A stretch of DNA of 64,000 bases from Takakia lepidozioides (taxonomy: Eukaryota; Plantae; Bryophyta): contig CM060731.1 in assembly GCA_030704615.1 (NCBI GenBank), forward strand, positions 67,828,001 to 67,892,000, in the 5' to 3' direction. The notes below the pieces were generated by a model. That model was not told where the DNA came from and ran no database searches. It saw nothing but the letters and a program-made list of their open reading frames with translations. This document shows positions 63,878-64,000 of the stretch, piece after piece. How positions within the stretch are numbered: position 1 is the stretch's first letter; each line of letters begins with the position of its first letter. The position numbers and the translations under genes were made by a program.

Positions 63878-64000
63878 ATCTACAAGCTGTTGTACAATAG
63901 CATTGTGCACCCCATGTGTTTCAGCCAGTTTTATCTGATGTTAATCTCTCATCCCTCCATTGTAGGGTTTTTTATTGGTTTTTTTTGTCATCCCATTTTT

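Overview
Eukaryotic, intron-containing land-plant DNA. The gene and transposon content suggests a bryophyte (probably a moss); the species cannot be determined from sequence. Five apparently intact host genes are present: a PPTC7/clade-K-type PP2C phosphatase (-, 4 exons), a FAM136A/DUF842 gene (+, 3 exons), 60S acidic ribosomal protein P3 (-, 2 exons), an intronless secreted 3D-domain-like protein resembling a fungal family (+), and a BET1-like/SFT1 Qc-SNARE (+, 4 exons). Two transposon islands lie between them. Island 1 (~11.5-33 kb) starts with a Helitron 3' end. It then holds an eIF3b fragment split by a 19-kb Mutator-like element (TIRs, 9-bp TSD) whose At4g13970-like transposase is interrupted by two Ty3/gypsy elements, plus a 500-N assembly gap. 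Island 2 (~38.9-59 kb) holds a CACTA end with TnpD and a spliced but disrupted gene fusing a ParB/Srx-like domain to a bacterial-type beta-class (N4C/N6A) DNA methyltransferase. Directly upstream of that gene is a 3.4-kb array of ~29 long palindromes, followed by a divergent pair of unknown paralogues and a piggyBac relic. A tRNA-derived SINE family has several copies in the window. The best candidate for an undescribed system is the transposon-associated ParB-MTase plus palindrome array. All homology calls come from motif recognition by eye; no searches were run.
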